Source: an uncultured Syntrophales bacterium
GTDB taxonomy: Bacteria > Desulfobacterota > Syntrophia > Syntrophales > JADFWA01
Reading direction: 5' to 3'
DNA length: 45,426 nucleotides
NCBI GenBank assembly: GCA_964652795.1
Contig: CAZZBF010000001.1
Coordinates: 49,593 to 95,018 of the forward strand
The first letter of the stretch is position 1. Each line of letters opens with the position of its first letter. The notes below the pieces were generated by a model. The model worked only from the letters and a program-made list of their open reading frames with translations, had not been told where the DNA came from and searched no databases. The position numbers and the translations under genes were made by a program. Below are positions 39,620-45,426 of this stretch, one piece after another.

Positions 39620-40903
39620 ATGGATATTGGAATGGTCAGTATTTTTGTGGGAGTTATTGCTCTCATGATTATCATCATTTACATAAAAGCAAACATGAAG
39701 ATTTGTTCACCCAACGAGGTTATGATCTTCTCGGGGCGAAAAGCTAAAGATAAGGACAAAGGAATTGCTGGCTACCGCGTTATCAAGGGTGGTCGTGCCC
39801 TGAAGATTCCTCTCGTTGAAACCGTGCATACTATATCCTTGAACACGGTTCCGATTGTGTTGGACGTAACCGGTGCGTTAACAAAAGGCACCATTCCCGT
39901 GAACGTAAAAGCAATGGCAAATGCCAAGGTTGCCGGCTCAATAGAGGAAGGTCTGGGAAACGCAATCGAGAGATTCCTGGGTAAAAGCCCACAAGCCATC
40001 GCGACAACTGCTCGTGAAATAATCGAGGGAACACTGCGGGGCACACTGGCAACGATGGAACCGGAAGAGGCAAACGCCAATCGTATTTCCCTGGCACGTG
40101 ATGTCGCAGAGGAGACACGGGAAGATTTAAAGCGAATGGGATTGATTCTTGATACCTTAAAAATCCAGGAAATTATGGACGATAAAGGATATCTCGAAGC
40201 GATAGCAAGAAAGAAGAACGCTCAGGTTCACCGCGACGCAAGAATTGTAGAGGCCGAATCGAATGCAGTTGCAACCGAAAAGGAATCAGAGGGAAAAAGG
40301 ATAGCTGAAGTAGCAGAAATCGAAGCACGGCGTGCCGTTGTCGAGTCTGAAACATCCTTCCGGGTACAAAAGGCACAGTGGATATCCGAAGTAAACCGGT
40401 CGGAAGAAAAGGCACAACTGGCCGGTGAGATATCCCGAATGGAAGAAATAAAGATACTGGAGAAAAGGAAAGTAGACGCCCATCGCCTTAAATATGAGGC
40501 CGAGGTCATTATTCCTGCTGAAGCGGAGAAGGAAGCACTCTGCATGAAAGCGGCAGGTGAGGCAGCGGCTACCTATGAAGAAGGAAAAGCAAAGGCCGAA
40601 GCTCTCCGTATGTTGCGAGAACAATGGGATAAACAAGACAGCAAAGACCTGTTTATGATCCAGTTACTCCCCGAAATTGTGGAAAAAGTGTCACACGTGA
40701 TTGGGTCCAATCTTAACATTGAAAAACTGACGGTTGTTGACGGAGGAAACGGAGGAGGAAGCGGGATACCTCAACATGTGGGAAGCCTCGCCGGATCGGT
40801 TAATTCCTTCCTCGAACAGATAAAGGCGCTTACAGGTATGGACGTGGTCAAAATTATCGAAGAACGAAGCGGAGGAGGAGACAAAAAGTTAGGTTTGTCA
40901 TAA
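39620..40903 (+). CDS. Flotillin-like SPFH/band-7 domain membrane protein
   Basis: N-terminal TM (VSIFVGVIALMIIIIYI), an SPFH core, a long coiled-coil EA-rich region, and a Gly-rich C-terminus. AGGAGG RBS is present. It starts 30 nt after glnA. Confidence 0.7.
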   Translation: MDIGMVSIFVGVIALMIIIIYIKANMKICSPNEVMIFSGRKAKDKDKGIAGYRVIKGGRALKIPLVETVHTISLNTVPIVLDVTGALTKGTIPVNVKAMANAKVAGSIEEGLGNAIERFLGKSPQAIATTAREIIEGTLRGTLATMEPEEANANRISLARDVAEETREDLKRMGLILDTLKIQEIMDDKGYLEAIARKKNAQVHRDARIVEAESNAVATEKESEGKRIAEVAEIEARRAVVESETSFRVQKAQWISEVNRSEEKAQLAGEISRMEEIKILEKRKVDAHRLKYEAEVIIPAEAEKEALCMKAAGEAAATYEEGKAKAEALRMLREQWDKQDSKDLFMIQLLPEIVEKVSHVIGSNLNIEKLTVVDGGNGGGSGIPQHVGSLAGSVNSFLEQIKALTGMDVVKIIEERSGGGDKKLGLS

Positions 40904-40979
40904 GGTATGTATGAATCGCATCTCATAATTTCGCAGTCAATTTTCAAGGTTACGAAAGCTGCTTAGAAACTAAAATCCG

Positions 40980-41004
40980 AAAAAAAGACAGGCAATCTCT
41001 GTCT
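40980..41004 (-). terminator. Rho-independent terminator, most plausibly for asnB
   Basis: On the minus strand, AGACAG-agattgc-CTGTCT is followed by TTTTTTT. It lies about 150 nt downstream of the asnB stop. Confidence 0.5.
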
Positions 41005-41153
41005 GGAAAATTTGAGATTGATATCGGTGATGTCTTAAAACAAACCTGTATTAACTTTTGGGTTTTAAAATTTTGATCACGATATGATTTGGCTGTCTTA
41101 AATGTTTGATTTGACGCCGTTGCATAAAATCATGTGCCCTCCATCAGTGATAT

Positions 41154-42737
41154 TTAGAACTGGTGTTTCAAGTCTCCATCCACGGTACCCCTGACGCATT
41201 CTCTTTCTTCCGCAAAATCGAAGCCGGTCCAGATTCCGATGGACTTCAGGATACTCTCCTGTGGGTGAAACCGTCTGAAGATCTCAAAGTAATAGGCTGC
41301 TTCCTTGCTGTTTACAACAGCCTGAGGATTTTCATATTTGACACGCTCGTATTGTTCGTCACTCATTTCCGCTTCAGCAAGCTGCTCTCCGAGGCTTTCG
41401 CACCCGGCACCCTGGGTATATTGAACTTTATATCGCCATAAGATTTCCTCGGGCAGATAGTCCGTGCCTTCAAAGGCCTTCCGAAGAATCCACTTCTCGA
41501 TCTTTTCTCCATTGTGCTCACGTATCTTAAACTCGGGCGGTATCTTCATGGCAAGATCGATCATGGCAACATCCAGAAAGGGAACCCTGAGTTCGAGACT
41601 GAACAGCATCCCCATGCGGTCCGCCCGCTGGAGGTTGATATTATGAAGATCGGCAAGCAATCGTCGGACCTCCACGTTTACTGCTTCGAGAGGAAAATTC
41701 TTCATATAATGATACCCAGCAAACACCTCGTCAGCCCCCTCGCCGGTAAGAACAACGGTCACGTGCTCGGCCGCCAGTTTGCAGGTGAAATAGCAGGGAA
41801 CGGCACACCGCACGAGAGAGGGATCATAACTCTCCAATTTTTGTATGACAACAGGCAAAGCTTCGTAATATTCTTCTTCAGTAAAAATCAGTTCATGGTG
41901 AGTAGCGTTAATATGATCGGCGGCAATTCGGGCCGCCTTGATGTCATCGCTCATATCTCCGTCTGGATCCTTCATACCCACGGCAAAGGTATGGAGATGG
42001 GGAATCTCCTCTGCAGCTATAGCAGCAATTATACTGCTGTCCAGGCCACCGCTGCAAAAGGACCCGACCGGGACCGTCGGATCGGCAAGCAACCTTTTTC
42101 TAACCGCTTCGATAAAAGTCTTGCGAATCAAGCGACAGGCTTCCTCGCAGTCGGTAATCAGGGAATCCCGGATTTCGGGAACACGATAGTACTCGACAAA
42201 TCCATCCCCCGGCGTGTAATAGTGCCCCGCCGGAAACTCATGGACTTCACCCACGCCGGCAAGGCTCATGGCTCCTAGTTCAGAGCTGAAATACAGATTA
42301 TCCCGGTGGTAACCGTAATACAGAGGCTTGATGCCAATGGGATCGCGGGCCAGCATGAAATTGTCCCCGTCATAGAGTGCGAAGGCGAACATTCCGTCCA
42401 GTTCGGCAACGCACCCGGGACCTTTTTCCTGAAACAGACGCAAAATGACTTCCGTGTCTGAATTGGTTTGGAAAGGGTATTTTGGAGCTAAAGGCTCTCT
42501 CAGCTTTTGAAAGTTATAAATCTCACCATTACAGATGATCCCTTTCCTGCCGTCCTGTGTCAGAATGGGCTGATGCCCCCGGGCAACATCAACAATAGAT
42601 AATCTGGTATGACCCAGTACCGTTTGCCTGTGGCTGTGAATTCCTCTGTCATTCGGTCCTCGATGTCCGAGTGCATCCAACATTCGTGTAATTGTTATTT
42701 CATCCCTGACGCCAAAGCATCCTGCCAAACCGCACAT
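41154..42737 (-). CDS. asnB: Asparagine synthetase (glutamine-hydrolysing), class-II GATase
   Basis: MCGLAGCFGV Ntn-Cys start, then an asparagine-synthase domain carrying SGGLDSS (PP-loop). Confidence 0.85.
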   Translation of the reverse strand: MCGLAGCFGVRDEITITRMLDALGHRGPNDRGIHSHRQTVLGHTRLSIVDVARGHQPILTQDGRKGIICNGEIYNFQKLREPLAPKYPFQTNSDTEVILRLFQEKGPGCVAELDGMFAFALYDGDNFMLARDPIGIKPLYYGYHRDNLYFSSELGAMSLAGVGEVHEFPAGHYYTPGDGFVEYYRVPEIRDSLITDCEEACRLIRKTFIEAVRKRLLADPTVPVGSFCSGGLDSSIIAAIAAEEIPHLHTFAVGMKDPDGDMSDDIKAARIAADHINATHHELIFTEEEYYEALPVVIQKLESYDPSLVRCAVPCYFTCKLAAEHVTVVLTGEGADEVFAGYHYMKNFPLEAVNVEVRRLLADLHNINLQRADRMGMLFSLELRVPFLDVAMIDLAMKIPPEFKIREHNGEKIEKWILRKAFEGTDYLPEEILWRYKVQYTQGAGCESLGEQLAEAEMSDEQYERVKYENPQAVVNSKEAAYYFEIFRRFHPQESILKSIGIWTGFDFAEERECVRGTVDGDLKHQF

Positions 42738-43724
42738 GATTCACTCCTTTTCCCACTCAATGATTGTGTAAAAGGTTTCGTTCCATCACAACAACTCGAT
42801 ATTACTCACAGCAATAAACATACCATAACGAATGCTTGTGCTAATATTATAATATCTCTAATTATTTGTGCTGAAACCCGGTGAACCATAACTTTAAAAA
42901 TCGCACATTTTTGTAGAACTAGGCAGTTCATCATACATATCCGTATCACCCCACACTCGCAGAACAGCTTCCAGTAAACACAACAAAACAGGTAAAATGT
43001 GTTGGGAGTAAAAAAGGAGAGGACTGTTTGAATAGTGGAATGATGAAGTACAGGCTTTAAAGTTTAAAGATGTTGGCTTCGTAAAAATTCCAACTTCGGC
43101 ACTTCGCTACATCCCTCGTCATTGCTATGTACGCATACGTACTAATCATTCTTCGGGATTTGCGTGTCTTTAATTTGAGTCATTTACAATGCCATACGAA
43201 AATTGAATTTTTGCGACTTTGTCAATATTTAACTTTGCTTGATTCCCTTAATTTGCCGTTAGACTCCAAAGAATCAAAATGGTTTTCGCGGTTATGAACT
43301 GTGGAATTTATATGTATCAATCTCATATCATATTGATCTATGCGTTATTCAATTGTCGATATCTGACAACTATCCAATCTGTGCAGATTGATGACAATAC
43401 GATGGAATGTTGAAAAAACGAAGACCTAAATTTTAGGATACGCGTTTGCTGTATTTAGCAAAAATGTAATTTCGCCGATTGAACACAGCTTGCCACTATC
43501 AATTAACCGGAATAAGTAATTCCTGAGTCAGGAAGCCCCCATTTTTATCTTAAATTCATTCCTTATTTATAAAAAGGTTGATTTCACTTTTACAGGTATT
43601 ATTAAACAAATTCGATGAGGAATGTGTACATGTTCCTTGCTGACTGCCTTAATGGGGAAATATGCCAAGATGCCTACTTCAGGGTCGACAGCGATACTCA
43701 GATTCATAGCGTTTAACGGATCTC

Positions 43725-44178
43725 TCAAAAAAAGAAATTACAGCAGAGCCTTGCCTCTGACCGATAGAGATGGCGAGTCTTACTCCTTGAAATATCTATA
43801 GTTAGACTTGTATTGGTTGTAATAATAAAACTCTGCTTAAAGGTTGCTTCAAAGGCACTGTACCTGTCACCCAGTTCGTAATTGATATCTCTTATAAAAA
43901 AATGAATCTTCCAGAAATCGGTTAACCTTTTGATAAAACCCGCTGAAGCGCCGATACCGGCAGAATGTCGCTTTTCCAGTCTACCACCTAAATTCAGGTC
44001 CGTTTCCATCATGATATACCAGAGCCCAAGGTAGTCGTTCTCATAGGCAAATCCGCCACCGGGATTCAGCTCATAAACCATGTGGTCTTTCTCATCTGCA
44101 AGTATCTTTTGTACCAGGCCGGTTTTTATTTTCCAGGAAATGGGGTGAAAAAAATTGTTGACGTCACCTACGAGTCCT
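43725..44178 (-). other. Start-less open frame with beta-barrel-like alternating pattern (possible gene remnant)
   Basis: The frame is open from the stop at 44179-44181 down to 43725. The only ATG is at 44081. Translation ...NNFFHPISWKIKTGLVQKILADEKDHMVYELNPGGGFAYENDYLGLWYIMMETDLNLGG... shows alternating hydrophobic residues. There is no signal peptide and no RBS. Confidence 0.2.
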
Positions 44179-44469
44179 CAAAATCGTTTCAAGAAAAAAT
44201 CGCTTATTACCGCTTGAAAGTCTTACTGTAATACTTCTTGACAAGGTATCATAATGGCGTTAGTGGTTTAGTGCATTTTTGATCTTGAACGCACTATAAG
44301 TGCTTTTGAACAGATGTAACCTGGGGGGATTATGGCCTGATAATCTACAGTCCTGTTTCTCGAAATGAGTGATAGGGCTTTTGTTTTTTGTGAACAGAAC
44401 TGCTGATTATTGAGACCTAACCCCATAGTTCTGTGTTGACAGGGGGAAAATAAAGTCTGAGGTGATAAG

Positions 44470-45288
44470 GTGACCAATCCCAGTCTTCATTATTGTTATT
44501 TTGAAAAATATCAGCCATTTGAAGATTATTTTGACTCTCAAACTAAATTAGTGTGGGAACTGATTGCACTGTTAGATAAACATGGACGGCCCAAGCGTCT
44601 TAATAAACTAGACGCCTTACTGTTCTCCCTGATCACACATTCAGGATCTATTTCAAAGTTGGTTCACGATGGCTATGTTACAGAGGCTTATTTGGTTACT
44701 CGATCATTCTTTGAGAAATGTGTTAATTTTTGTTATCTTAATATATGTGATGAAAATGAATATAATAATCAATTATCTTGGACTCGCCAGAAGATGTTAA
44801 GAGCCTTGAATACAAGAAAGATGGCATATAAGAACATAGGTCACGAGACACCTCTCCCTGATATATCAGAACTTAAAAAAATTAGTGAAGATCTGAGGAA
44901 GTTCACAGGGAAAAAAGGAGGGGAAAAACATAGTTGGACAGAAGTTTCCTTATATGAGCGTATTCAGATTATTAAAAAGTCTGTAGATGGTTTCCCAATT
45001 GAAATTTATCTGTTGACGATGAACAGATTCTACGAGGATGCATCAGAAGTTATACATGGAACTTTATATGGAGCTTTGTTTTATACTGGAATAATTTGGG
45101 GCCTAAAGGAAAGCCAGAAGGAAAGTGAAGAACGTTTAGTATCTCACTGTCTTGATATCCTTTTTTTTCTAGGTTATTTGATACACGGTATGCTTGAAGT
45201 AGTTTCAACTATCATTCCGGCTGACCAATTATTGAAAAAATCAAAGGATAACCTTGCAAAAATGGACTCTGAGTGGAAAAGAATGTAA
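44470..45288 (+). CDS. Hypothetical protein in an AT-rich segment
   Basis: GTG start with GGTGA 5 nt upstream. 272 aa with no recognisable motif. The local GC content is clearly lower than that of the flanking metabolic genes. Confidence 0.5.
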   Translation: MTNPSLHYCYFEKYQPFEDYFDSQTKLVWELIALLDKHGRPKRLNKLDALLFSLITHSGSISKLVHDGYVTEAYLVTRSFFEKCVNFCYLNICDENEYNNQLSWTRQKMLRALNTRKMAYKNIGHETPLPDISELKKISEDLRKFTGKKGGEKHSWTEVSLYERIQIIKKSVDGFPIEIYLLTMNRFYEDASEVIHGTLYGALFYTGIIWGLKESQKESEERLVSHCLDILFFLGYLIHGMLEVVSTIIPADQLLKKSKDNLAKMDSEWKRM

Positions 45289-45426
45289 TATAAAATAGTG
45301 ACAGCGACTATTTTTCTAATGATTACAGAAAAAATCCTCTACTTTTTCTTCGCTCTTGATTCTATCGACTACAGGAAGAATTGGATTTAAAAATCTCGAA
45401 CATACCAAATTTACAGCAATACCTTC

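Noticed and set aside
43630-43710. Minus-strand strings GAAGUAGGC and CAAGGAACA that vaguely recall the conserved cores of the glutamine-binding glnA RNA motif
   Set aside because: The spacing between them (~33 nt) and the flanking pairing do not match what I remember of that riboswitch. It would also lie ~900 nt from asnB. A check needs cmsearch with the Rfam glnA model, so it is not called.

Overview
This is a bacterial chromosomal window of about 45 kb dominated by nitrogen-assimilation and glutamine-amidotransferase genes, with no rRNA, tRNA or CRISPR detected. Features are listed from left to right.

- **Left edge (1-6.9 kb):** a partial sensor histidine kinase on the minus strand, whose antisense + ORF is spurious. 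It is followed by a membrane-anchored ankyrin-repeat protein, a secreted or lipoprotein candidate, and a secreted LamG-domain protein. Next come an AlaX-like tRNA-editing gene, with a 243-bp duplicated pseudogene fragment of its 3' end nearby, and a HAD hydrolase.
- **Redox operon (6.9-13.3 kb, minus strand):** a four-gene operon of NuoE-like, NuoF-like, a NuoG-like Fe-S module fused to an NfnA/PyrK-like module, and an NfnB/GltD-like protein. This may be an Nfn/Stn/Bfu-type electron-bifurcating oxidoreductase.
- **Housekeeping and regulators (13.5-19 kb):** mnmG, a TIGR01212 radical-SAM gene, an NrpR-like regulator (HTH plus NrpR-type domain) and gdhA.
- **Amidotransferase run (19.1-34.3 kb, minus strand):** one uninterrupted co-directional run consisting almost entirely of glutamine- or ammonia-using enzymes. 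In order these are: GS type I-alpha; a class-I GATase; an archaeal-type split GOGAT in three ORFs, the last fused to GltD and ferredoxin; pyrG; a 1264-aa expanded GlmS-family amidotransferase; hisH; hisF; and cobQ. The run is preceded by a sigma54 promoter.
- **Regulator and second nitrogen operon (34.6-40.9 kb):** a GAF-AAA+-HTH sigma54 activator (NifA-like) lies between that promoter and a second sigma54 promoter. The second promoter drives amtB, PII, glnA (GSI-beta with the adenylylation Tyr replaced by Phe) and a flotillin/SPFH gene.
- **Right end (41 kb onward):** asnB, a roughly 1-kb ORF-free gap, a start-less beta-barrel-like ORF, and an AT-rich hypothetical gene.
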